Positions 57,149-64,000 of a DNA stretch of 64,000 nt are shown piece after piece. Every line of letters starts with the position of its first letter. The stretch's first letter is position 1. Source of the DNA: an uncultured Solirubrobacteraceae bacterium. Lineage in GTDB: Bacteria > Actinomycetota > Thermoleophilia > Solirubrobacterales > Solirubrobacteraceae. Location: contig CAVRTO010000011.1 in assembly GCA_963724145.1 (NCBI GenBank), positions 6,970 through 70,969 on the forward strand, given 5' to 3'. The notes beneath the pieces are model-generated. The model had not been told where the DNA came from. It worked only from the letters and a program-made list of their open reading frames with translations, and made no database searches. Both the position numbers and the translations under genes were made by a program.

Positions 57149-57535
57149 TCAGGGGGTTCCGTCGTACGCGAGCCGCACGTGGAGGAACTCCTGCCCGTCC
57201 CGCGTCTCGATGTCGAGGCCGTCGGCGAGCTGCTCGATCACGTTCCCGACGCCCGGCACGGCGGCGTCGACGACGAGCGCGCGGCCGCCGCCGCTGCGGA
57301 GCGGCCCGACCCTGAGCTCGAGCGACCGCGAGCCGGAGCTGAGCTCGACGTCGACGGTCGTGTCCGTCACGTGCGAGGGCGCACGCGCGGCGACCAGGTC
57401 GGCGACCAGGACGGCGTCGTCGAGCCGGTCGAGCGGCAGGTCGGCGCGGGCGGCGAACATCCCCACGACGCGGCGGAGCACAGGCCCGACGAGCGGGCCT
57501 GCGGCGATCGACACCTGCGTCGGGGGCTCGCTCAC
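57149..57535 (-). CDS. Hypothetical protein resembling a degenerate RsbW/HATPase-like anti-sigma factor
   Basis: 128 aa. PLDRLDDAVLVADLVAARAPSH parallels the VDDMRLAVTEACTNVVRHAY segment of the adjacent RsbW, but the E/N/H positions are missing and no G-boxes are seen. 4-nt overlap with the upstream gene. Confidence 0.5.
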   Translation of the reverse strand: MSEPPTQVSIAAGPLVGPVLRRVVGMFAARADLPLDRLDDAVLVADLVAARAPSHVTDTTVDVELSSGSRSLELRVGPLRSGGGRALVVDAAVPGVGNVIEQLADGLDIETRDGQEFLHVRLAYDGTP

Positions 57536-57966
57536 GCCATGCCCATGCTAGGGGTCCGGCGCCGGAAGCTCATCACCAGCCGGCTGCCCGCGTGATCCGA
57601 GCGCTCGACCTCGAAGGAATGCGTGAGGGCCTCGATCAGCGCCAGCCCCAGGCCGGGCCCGGCGGTGTCGGGGCTCGGGTCGAGCCCGCGCCCCTCATCG
57701 GTGACGACCACCTCGAGCAGCTCGCCCCGCGGTCGCACGACCACGTCGATCGTCCCCTCCCTGCCGCCGTACGCGTGCCGGACGACGTTCGTGCACGCCT
57801 CGGTGACGGCGAGCCGCATGTCGTCGACGACGGCGCGATCGAGGTTCAGGGCCTCGGCGAGCGCGCCGAGCACGTGGCGGACCACCGCGACGTTCTCGGC
57901 GCGTGCGGGCAGGGTCAGGCGGATGTCGGTGTCCCGGGGCGGGACGGAGGAGCTCGGGGAGGGCAT
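57532..57966 (-). CDS. rsbW: Anti-sigma factor serine kinase (RsbW/SpoIIAB-like HATPase_c)
   Basis: N-box TEACTNVVRHAY, G1 VTDEGRGL, G2 GPGLGLALIEAL. Confidence 0.8.
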   Translation of the reverse strand: MPSPSSSVPPRDTDIRLTLPARAENVAVVRHVLGALAEALNLDRAVVDDMRLAVTEACTNVVRHAYGGREGTIDVVVRPRGELLEVVVTDEGRGLDPSPDTAGPGLGLALIEALTHSFEVERSDHAGSRLVMSFRRRTPSMGMA

Positions 57967-57979
57967 GGCTCCCGATGCT

Positions 57980-58005
57980 GTACCCGGGCATTTGGAGGGG
58001 CTAAC
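57980..58005 (-). promoter_or_regulatory. Candidate SigB/F-type promoter GTTA-N16-GGGTAC upstream of rsbW
   Basis: Minus strand reads GTTAGCCCCTCCAAATGCCCGGGTAC, 13 nt before the rsbW ATG. Compared with the general GTTT-N15-17-GGGTA pattern of SigB/SigF promoters. Confidence 0.3.
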
Positions 58006-58100
58006 GCGCTGGAAGCATGGTTTTCGACCCTTGCAAGCGAGCGGTCATGGGGCCGACCATCACGCTCACTGGACTTGCCGCCTCACCGATTCGTATCCTC

Positions 58101-58517
58101 ATGCACCGCATGGACGATGCGAGGGAACAGCCGCGCGTGGACGCTCACGGGATCCGCCCCCCGGACGCCTACGCGATCGAGTTGCGCGAGGCCGCCGACG
58201 GCGTCGCGCTCGTCGTGCTCGAGGGCGAGCTGGACCTCGCCGCCGTGCCGGAGCTGCGCGAGCGGCTCGCGGAGGCCGGCGGCGCCGGCCCGCGCGGGGT
58301 GGTGCTCGACATGGCCGAGGTGACCTTCGTCGACTCGTCCGCGCTGCGCGAGCTGCTGCGGGCCCACTCCGCGGTCCGCGACGCCGGCGCCGAGCTCGTG
58401 CTCGCGGGCGTCGGCCCTGCGGTCGCCCGCCTGTTCGAGCTGACCCGCACGACCGGGATGCTGGCGCTGACGCCGACCGTCGAGCAGGCGCTCAAGCGGC
58501 TCGGCGCGCGGCCCTGA
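58101..58517 (+). CDS. STAS-domain anti-sigma-factor antagonist (second copy)
   Basis: ALVVLEGELDLAAVPELRERLAEA...VVLDMAEVTFVDSSALRELLRAHSAVRDAGAELVLAGV. Start placed at an internal Met of the 58017 ORF, so it is uncertain. Confidence 0.75.
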   Translation: MHRMDDAREQPRVDAHGIRPPDAYAIELREAADGVALVVLEGELDLAAVPELRERLAEAGGAGPRGVVLDMAEVTFVDSSALRELLRAHSAVRDAGAELVLAGVGPAVARLFELTRTTGMLALTPTVEQALKRLGARP

Positions 58518-59001
58518 GCTCCTCGAGCTCCTCGCCGGCCCGCGCCTGGTCGCCCTGCGCGGCGTTCGTCTTCGCGCAGAGCAGCGAGAACCCGGTCTGG
58601 AGGAGGTCGTTGCCGGCCGAGGCGGCGAGCACCGCGGTCACGGCCCGGCCGGCCGGCGGCGCGTGCAGCCGCAGCGCGACGAGCGCGAGGGCGCCCCACG
58701 CGCCGGTGCAGCGCGTGCAGTTGAGCAGCTCGCCGACGGCGTAGCGCAGCCGCCGGCCGCGCGGCCGCTTGGCGCCCTGCCGCTCCTCGAGGAACGGCTC
58801 GCGCAGCCATGACTCCGCCTTCTCGTGCACGACGAGCTTCGACAGCGCGAAGGTCGCCGCCGCGAGCGGGACGAGCTCGGCGCGCTCGAGCGGCTCGCGT
58901 CCGCGCGCGATCGCGGCGACGCCCGCGAGCAACCCGCCGTAGACCGCGGTCAGCGCCGCGTAGTCGAGCGCCTCGGTCGGCGTCTCCGAGACCGGCCTCA
59001 C
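58492..59001 (-). CDS. DUF1360-like membrane protein
   Basis: GTG start; LAAATFALSKLVVHEKAESWLREPF...GELLNCTRCTGAWGALALVAL. Confidence 0.6.
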   Translation of the reverse strand: MRPVSETPTEALDYAALTAVYGGLLAGVAAIARGREPLERAELVPLAAATFALSKLVVHEKAESWLREPFLEERQGAKRPRGRRLRYAVGELLNCTRCTGAWGALALVALRLHAPPAGRAVTAVLAASAGNDLLQTGFSLLCAKTNAAQGDQARAGEELEELRAARRAA

Positions 59002-59005
59002 GGAC

Positions 59006-59125
59006 TCAGATCGGCAGCGGGTTGGGGTCGGGCGGCAGCGGCTGCGGGTCGGGCCCGGGCGTGGGCGGCGCCGGGTCGGGACCCGGGTCGGGCCCGGGGA
59101 TGGGCGGCAGCGGGTGAGGAGTCAT
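59006..59125 (-). CDS. Possible 39-codon proline-rich micro-ORF immediately upstream of the DUF1360 gene
   Basis: ATG...TGA reads MTPHPLPPIPGPDPGPDPAPPTPGPDPQPLPPDPNPLPI. No clear SD. It could simply be a GC-rich frame artefact. Confidence 0.15.
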   Translation of the reverse strand: MTPHPLPPIPGPDPGPDPAPPTPGPDPQPLPPDPNPLPI

Positions 59126-59164
59126 CGCACGGGTGGACTACCCCCGCGTCCGGCCCCGAAACGA

Positions 59165-59192
59165 GCCGAGGCGCCCGGTCGGGCGCCTCGGC
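59165..59192 (-). terminator. Terminator hairpin GCCGAGGCGCCC-GGTC-GGGCGCCTCGGC downstream of the 59339-59668 gene
   Basis: 12-bp perfect stem with a 4-nt loop; on the minus strand it is followed by TCGTTTCGG. Confidence 0.45.
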
Positions 59193-59338
59193 CATGAGGA
59201 GGAGGGTGTGCGTCATTCCGGGTGGTGGAGGGCGCCCGGGCACTGACGACGCGACGTGGCACTAATCCCCTGCACAGTCGCACGCCAAACACGAGAACGC
59301 AAGCTCTCCTCAATCTGGGCTCAACAGGCGCGTGGCCG

Positions 59339-59668
59339 CTAGGCGTCGCGGTCGCGATCCGGCGGCGTGCCGGTGCGGATCCGCTGCTCGCCCTCGGCCT
59401 CGCCGGTGCGGGCGACGTCCGGCTGGTCCGGCTCGATCCGCCGGAACCCGGTCCGCTCCGGGTCGTCGGCCGTCTCGCCCTCCGGGGTCTGCTCGCCGGC
59501 GTGCTGTGTCGTGTCGCCGAGCGGAGTGTCGTCCGCGCCGATCCCGGGTGCGCCCTCCCGCGGCGTGTCGGCCGCGGGGCTGCTCTTGCGGGTCGCATTG
59601 AGGACCATGAAGATCACGAATCCGGCGACGATGAGGACGACGACGACGCCGACGATCGCGTAAGCCAT
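59339..59668 (-). CDS. Small membrane-anchored protein with an acidic disordered tail
   Basis: MAYAIVGVVVVLIVAGFVIFMVLNATRK then a D/E/P/T-rich tail. Confidence 0.5.
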   Translation of the reverse strand: MAYAIVGVVVVLIVAGFVIFMVLNATRKSSPAADTPREGAPGIGADDTPLGDTTQHAGEQTPEGETADDPERTGFRRIEPDQPDVARTGEAEGEQRIRTGTPPDRDRDA

Positions 59669-59782
59669 GCGGGGCGGCTACCCCTGGCCGTCAGCGGACA
59701 AACGAGGCGGCCCGCCCGCGTTTGCCGGGCCGCTTCCGGGTCAACCCCAACAGTGAGGACCCTCCGATCCGAAAGGAGCGAC

Positions 59783-60356
59783 ATGGCTGACATCCAGGGC
59801 AAGACCGTCGCGTTCCTGGCCACCGACGGCGTGGAGCAGGTCGAGCTGACCGACCCGTGGAAGGCGGTCGAGGAGGCCGGCGGCACCCCCGAGCTGATCT
59901 CGCTCGAGGACGGCGTCGTCCAGGGCTTCAACCATCTCGACAAGGCCGACACGTTCAGCGTCGACCGCACCGCGCGAGGAGGCGGACGCCTCGGAGTACG
60001 ACGCGCTCGTGCTGCCGGGCGGCGTCGCGAACCCGGACGCGCTGCGCACCGATCCGGACGCGGTCGCCTTCGTGCGCGCCTTCTTCGACCAGGGCAAGCC
60101 GGTGGCGGCGATCTGCCACGCGCCGTGGACCCTGATCGACGCCGAGGTCGTGCGCGGGCGCACGCTGACCTCCTGGCCGTCGCTGCAGACCGACCTCCGC
60201 AACGCCGGGGCGACCTGGGTCGACGAGGAGGTCCACGTCGACCAGGGCCTCGTCACCTCGCGCCGGCCGGACGACCTGCCGGCGTTCTGCGCCAAGCTCG
60301 TCGAGGAGATCGCCGAGGGCGTCCACGAGGGCCAGCGCACGGGCGCGCGCGCCTGA
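59783..60356 (+). CDS. DJ-1/PfpI family protein (class I glutamine amidotransferase-like); apparent 1-nt frame disruption near 59965
   Basis: SD GAAAGGAG; [29 protein letters not shown]..., then one frame on [17 protein letters not shown]...[15 protein letters not shown] (nucleophile elbow Cys-His). Confidence 0.8.
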
Positions 60357-60446
60357 GCCCGGGGGCGGCCGGCGGCGGGGCCTCGCGCCCCGTCGCCGCG
60401 CCGCGCTCCTCGTGGGCGGAGTCGCCGACTGCTAAACATCAGTTCG

Positions 60447-61280
60447 GTGACCGCCCCGACACGGCCGCCCACGCCACGAGTGCAGCCCACCCCCCACGAG
60501 AGCCCGAGCGGCGCCGCGCCCGAGGACGTCCCCGTCTCGCGCGCCGCGGAGGATCGGCGGCTCCTCATCCGCTACCACCGCCACGGCGACGAGGCCGCCC
60601 GCGAGGCGCTCGTCGAGCGACTGCTCCCGCTCGCGCGCCGGATGGCCCGCCGCTACCGGCGCTCCGACGAGCCGCTCGACGACCTCGTCCAGGTCGCGAC
60701 GCTCGGCCTGATCAAGGCGATCGACCGCTTCGACCCGGCGCGCGAGACCGCCTTCTCCTCCTACGCGGTCCCGACGATGCTCGGCGAGCTCAAGCGCTAC
60801 TTCCGCGACAACGGCTGGGCGGTGCACGTCCCGCGCGGGATGCAGGAGCGCGTGATGCAGGTCGACAACGCGGTCAAGGACCTGTCGCGCCGGATGGGCC
60901 GTTCGCCGTCGGCTGCCGAGGTCGCCGAGACGCTCCAGCTGAGCGTGGAGCAGGTGCTCGAGGCGATGGAGGCGGCCGGCGCCTACGACGCCGTCTCGCT
61001 CGAGTCGTACCGCTTCGGCGACGAGGGCGACGGCGAGACGTACGCCGAGTCGATCGGCGTCGAGGACGGGCGCTTCGAGCTCGTCGAGTACGGCGCCACG
61101 ATCGCGCCGACCCTCGCGGCGCTGCCGCCGCGCGACCGGATCGTGCTCCACCTGCGCTTCGTCGAGGATCTGACCCAGGCCGAGATCGCCGAACGCGTCG
61201 GCGTCTCGCAGATGCACGTGTCGCGGCTCATCCGGCGGGCGCTGGAGCGCCTGCGGACGGTCGCCGAGCACAGCGGCTGA
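60447..61280 (+). CDS. SigB/SigF-type (group 3) sigma factor, copy 2 (paralog of 55033-55860)
   Basis: DDLVQVATLGLIKAIDRFDPARETAFSSYAVPTMLGELKRYFRDNGWAVHVPR; LTQAEIAERVGVSQMHVSRLIRRALERL. Long stretches are near-identical to copy 1. Confidence 0.85.
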   Translation: MTAPTRPPTPRVQPTPHESPSGAAPEDVPVSRAAEDRRLLIRYHRHGDEAAREALVERLLPLARRMARRYRRSDEPLDDLVQVATLGLIKAIDRFDPARETAFSSYAVPTMLGELKRYFRDNGWAVHVPRGMQERVMQVDNAVKDLSRRMGRSPSAAEVAETLQLSVEQVLEAMEAAGAYDAVSLESYRFGDEGDGETYAESIGVEDGRFELVEYGATIAPTLAALPPRDRIVLHLRFVEDLTQAEIAERVGVSQMHVSRLIRRALERLRTVAEHSG

Positions 61281-61339
61281 CGCGTCGGCGTCGTGACCGG
61301 CGCCGTTTCCCGCGCGCGCCCTCCCGGTACGACCCACGT

Positions 61340-61507
61340 ATGGGAATCACCGACAAGATCAGCGGCAAGGTCAAGCAGGCCGTGGGCGACGCGACCGACA
61401 ACCCGGACACGCGCCGCGAGGGCGAGCTCGAGGAGCGCAAGGCCGAGGCGAAGGACGAGCGCGCCCGCGCCGAGGAGCGCGTCGAGAACCTCGAAGAGCG
61501 CACCTGA
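61340..61507 (+). CDS. csbD: CsbD-family general stress protein
   Basis: MGITDKISGKVKQAVGDATDNPDTRREGELEERKAEAKDE... Preceded by GTTT-N17-GGTAC (61305-61330), only 9 nt before the ATG. Confidence 0.8.
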   Translation: MGITDKISGKVKQAVGDATDNPDTRREGELEERKAEAKDERARAEERVENLEERT

Positions 61508-61509
61508 GC

Positions 61510-61686
61510 ATGAGCAGCGAGCCGTTCGACCAGCCCGATTCCGGCTATCCGGAGGAGGGCCCGCCGGGCGCCGCGCCCGACGACGCGTCCGAAGGCGACG
61601 AGTCGGCGGTGCGCGAGCAGTCCCGCACGGGCGGCGAGCCGCCCGGCAGCGAGGACGACAAGGCCACCGGCAACCCCAACACCTGA
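61510..61686 (+). CDS. Possible small acidic disordered protein (58 aa) just after csbD
   Basis: ATG 2 nt after the csbD stop. MSSEPFDQPDSGYPEEGPPGAAPDDASEGDESAVREQSRTGGEPPGSEDDKATGNPNT. Low complexity, so support is weak. Confidence 0.3.
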   Translation: MSSEPFDQPDSGYPEEGPPGAAPDDASEGDESAVREQSRTGGEPPGSEDDKATGNPNT

Positions 61687-61722
61687 CAGCGAGCGGCCCG
61701 CCCCCGGCGGGCCGTTTCGCGT

Positions 61723-63660
61723 CTAGCCCCGCGCCCGCAGCGCGAGCACGGCGATGTCGTCGCGCGGCGGCGCGGGCTCGCCGCGGAGCGCGGCCGCGAC
61801 CAGCCCGTCGGCCAGCGCCTGCGCCGAGCCGTCCGGGAGCGCGCCGAGGACCGCGTGCAGGTCGTCCGGGTCGAGCATGTGCTCGGGCGCCCGCGCCTCG
61901 GTCACGCCGTCCGTGTAGAGCAGCAGCGTGTCGCCCGCACCCATCTCCGCCATGCGGTCCTCGATCGCCGGATCGGCGACGAGGCCGAGCAGCGTGCCCG
62001 GGGCGCCGAGGTCCTCGACCTCGCCGCCTGCGCGCCGCAGCAGGGCGGGCGGGTGGCCGCCGCACGCCACCGCGAGCCGGATCCGCGGGCGCGACGTGTC
62101 GATGTGCACGCAGGCGATGGTGCAGAAGCGGCCGTCGCGGTCCTGGCGCAGCATCGCGTCGTTGAGCCAGCGCAGGATCGCGCCCGGCGAGCGCCGCCGC
62201 ACCGCCGCGCGTCCGGATCGTGTAGCGGGCCAGCGCGGTCACGGCCGCGGCCTCGGCGCCCTTGCCGCAGACGTCGCCGATGACCGCGATCCACTCGTCC
62301 TCGGCGACGGTGAAGAGGTCGTAGAAGTCGCCGCCGACGCCGTGCCGTCGCCGGCCGGGCGGTAGACGGCGCCGGCGTCGAGGCCGGTGATCTCCGGCAG
62401 CACCGGCGGCAGCAGCGAGTTCTGCAGCGTGCGCGCGATCGCCGAGCGCTGGCGGTACTGCTGCGCGCTGTCGATCGCGACGGCCGCCCGTCGCCCGAGC
62501 TCCTCGAGGACCCCCAGCTGCTCGGCGCCCAGGACGCGGCCGGACGTCGTGATCACCAGCGTCATGGCGCCCAGCGGCCGCCCGCGGACGGACAGCGGCA
62601 CGTTCGCCGAGCTGCGCACGCCGAGCTGCGTGACCAGCTCGCGGTGGCGCGGATCGACCGCGGCGCGCCGCAGGTGGGTCTCGTCGACGTGCGGATGGAG
62701 CTCGCTGCGGCCCGTGCGCGCGACCGCCGCCGGGCCCTCGGTGCCGGACACGTCGACGAGCAGGCCCTCCATGTCGCGGGCGAGCCCCGCGAGCGCCGGG
62801 TCGGCGTGGGCGACCGCCATGCGCTCGAGGCCGCGCTCGCCGATGACGTCGACCATGCACCAGTCGGCGAGCTCGGGCACGGCGAGCGACGCGACGTGGC
62901 GGAGCGTCTCCTCGTAGTCCAGCGACCCGGCCAGCGACCGGCTGGCTTCGGCCAGCAGCCGCAGCGTCGCCTCGACCTGCTTGAGGTCGGTGACGTCCTC
63001 GACGACGTTGATCGCCCGCGTCACCCGGCCGGCCGCGTCGCGCACCGGCTGTGCCTTCACGCGCATCCAGCGGGACGCACCGGTGGCGCGGACGCGGTAG
63101 CGCAGCGTCATCGGCTCGGGCGTCTCGCCCGCGAGCGCGCGCCGTCCCGGCAGGCGCTCGGCGGGGACCGGGCTCCCGTCCTCGGACAGGATCTCGAGCC
63201 GTGCGGCGATGTCGCGCGGGTTCGCGGCGAGGAGCGCCGCGCGGTCGGGGTAGCCGGACGGGATGCCGAGCAGCCGGACGGCGGCGTCGTTGACGTAGAC
63301 GAGCGTGCCGTCGGGGTCCTGGGCGAGCACGGCGTCCGCGACGCCGGCCAGGATCGCCTCGAGCTCGCGCCCGAGCCGCTCGCGCTCGTCGCGCTGCGAG
63401 CCGGGCTCGGCGCGCTCGTCCAGCGTGAGCACCGCGATCGGCGCCGCGCCGCCGGGCGGCTCGAAGCGCCCGCCCGACGCGGCCAGCATGCGCGGGCCGC
63501 GCGCGGTGTCGAGCGGGAACGGCGCGCCGCCGACCGCTGCGCCCGCGGCCACGCGCGCGTAGACGTCGCGCTCCTCCGCGACGGGGAACGCGCCGCCGGC
63601 CAGCCGGTGCGCCGCGTGGTTGGCGAACGCGACCCGCGCGGTCGCCGGGTCGATCAGCAA
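61723..63660 (-). CDS. PAS/GAF-sensor PP2C (SpoIIE/RsbU-type) serine phosphatase; two compensating frame disruptions (about 62335 and 62205), N-terminus unresolved
   Basis: PAS-like LEAILAGVADAVLAQDPDGTLVYVNDAAVRLLG; GAF-like LAVPELADWCMVDV...PLSVRGRPLGAMTLV; PP2C VGGDFYDLF...IAVIGDVCGKGAEAAAVTAL (middle frame) and FCTIACVHID...LLLYTDGVTEA. The open frame continues upstream of the TTG at 63660. Confidence 0.75.
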
Positions 63661-63746
63661 CAGCGGGGTCGGCAGGAGGTCGAGCAGCGGCCCGTAGCGG
63701 CCGCCGCTCGTCGTGGTGTCGGTCGCCGCCTCGATCGACCGGTCCC

Positions 63747-64000
63747 CTAGGCCAGGCCCTCGGCCTCGTACTCGCGCAGGTAGCCCTCGAACAGGCGGCG
63801 GTGGCCCTCCTCGTCGTGGAGGATCGCGATCACCATGTCCTGCGTCACGAAGTCGATGCCGTCGGTGAACTCGACGATGCGGTTGTAGTGCTCGATCGCG
63901 CCCGTCTCGGCCTCGATCACGCCCTTGATGACGTGCACGATGTCGGTCTGGTGCTCGGGCGGCTGCAGATAGCTGCTGCTCGGGCGGTGAAGTCCAGCGA
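63747..64000 (-). CDS. Ferritin-like/bacterioferritin-like protein, C-terminal part; runs off the window end
   Basis: ...LQPPEHQTDIVHVIKGVIEAETGAIEHYNRIVEFTDGIDFVTQDMVIAILHDEEGHRRLFEGYL, with ExxH-type di-iron ligand spacing. Confidence 0.5.
   Translation of the reverse strand, partial: AGLHRPSSSYLQPPEHQTDIVHVIKGVIEAETGAIEHYNRIVEFTDGIDFVTQDMVIAILHDEEGHRRLFEGYLREYEAEGLA

Noticed and set aside
58809-59117. Gly-rich 102-aa plus-strand ORF (and the 58998-59243 minus ORF) between the DUF1360 gene and the next gene
   Set aside because: This is the composition artefact of a GGN/CCN-periodic GC-rich stretch. It has no start context and overlaps the DUF1360 coding end.

Overview
Very GC-rich, gene-dense chromosomal segment that looks actinobacterial from its gene content: MarP-type protease, RskA anti-sigma factor, PspA-PspAA pair, ydaO-class riboswitch in front of a cell-wall hydrolase, and sigma-B/F partner-switching genes. 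I support about 70 protein genes, one tRNA-Thr(UGU), one c-di-AMP riboswitch, one candidate small RNA and several hairpin terminators. I saw no rRNA, CRISPR array, transposase, integrase or prophage genes. Housekeeping blocks are lysA-hom-thrC-thrB, xseA-xseB, ppa, lgt, hbd/thiolase, a class B PBP, topoisomerase III and addB-addA. Three themed neighbourhoods stand out. (i) An envelope block at about 26.7-33.7 kb: riboswitch-controlled NlpC/P60, PspA-PspAA, HtpX plus a coupled unknown gene, an M23 peptidase and Lgt. (ii) A general-stress island at about 54.3-64 kb: two paralogous SigB/F-type sigma factors, RsbW, a degenerate RsbW-like protein, two STAS proteins, a PAS/GAF-PP2C phosphatase, a REC-ANTAR regulator, CsbD, DJ-1 and a ParB/Srx-like protein. 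(iii) Tandem ECF sigma/anti-sigma pairs next to a rhomboid protease. The most unusual non-coding feature is a ~306-nt nested palindromic element at 46606-46911, directly upstream of addB. It has three 41-nt units at an exact 60-bp period, each bounded by AACGTCGA...TCGACGTT, enclosed by a long imperfect inverted repeat. A caveat applies to the whole window: about 25-30 genes can only be read through by changing frame, almost always as if one extra base were present, and two genes lose their stop this way. This looks more like assembly or sequencing indel error than biology, but it must be checked. Most long ORFs in the supplied track with Arg/Ala/Pro/Gly-rich translations are antisense or off-frame shadows of real genes and were not called.
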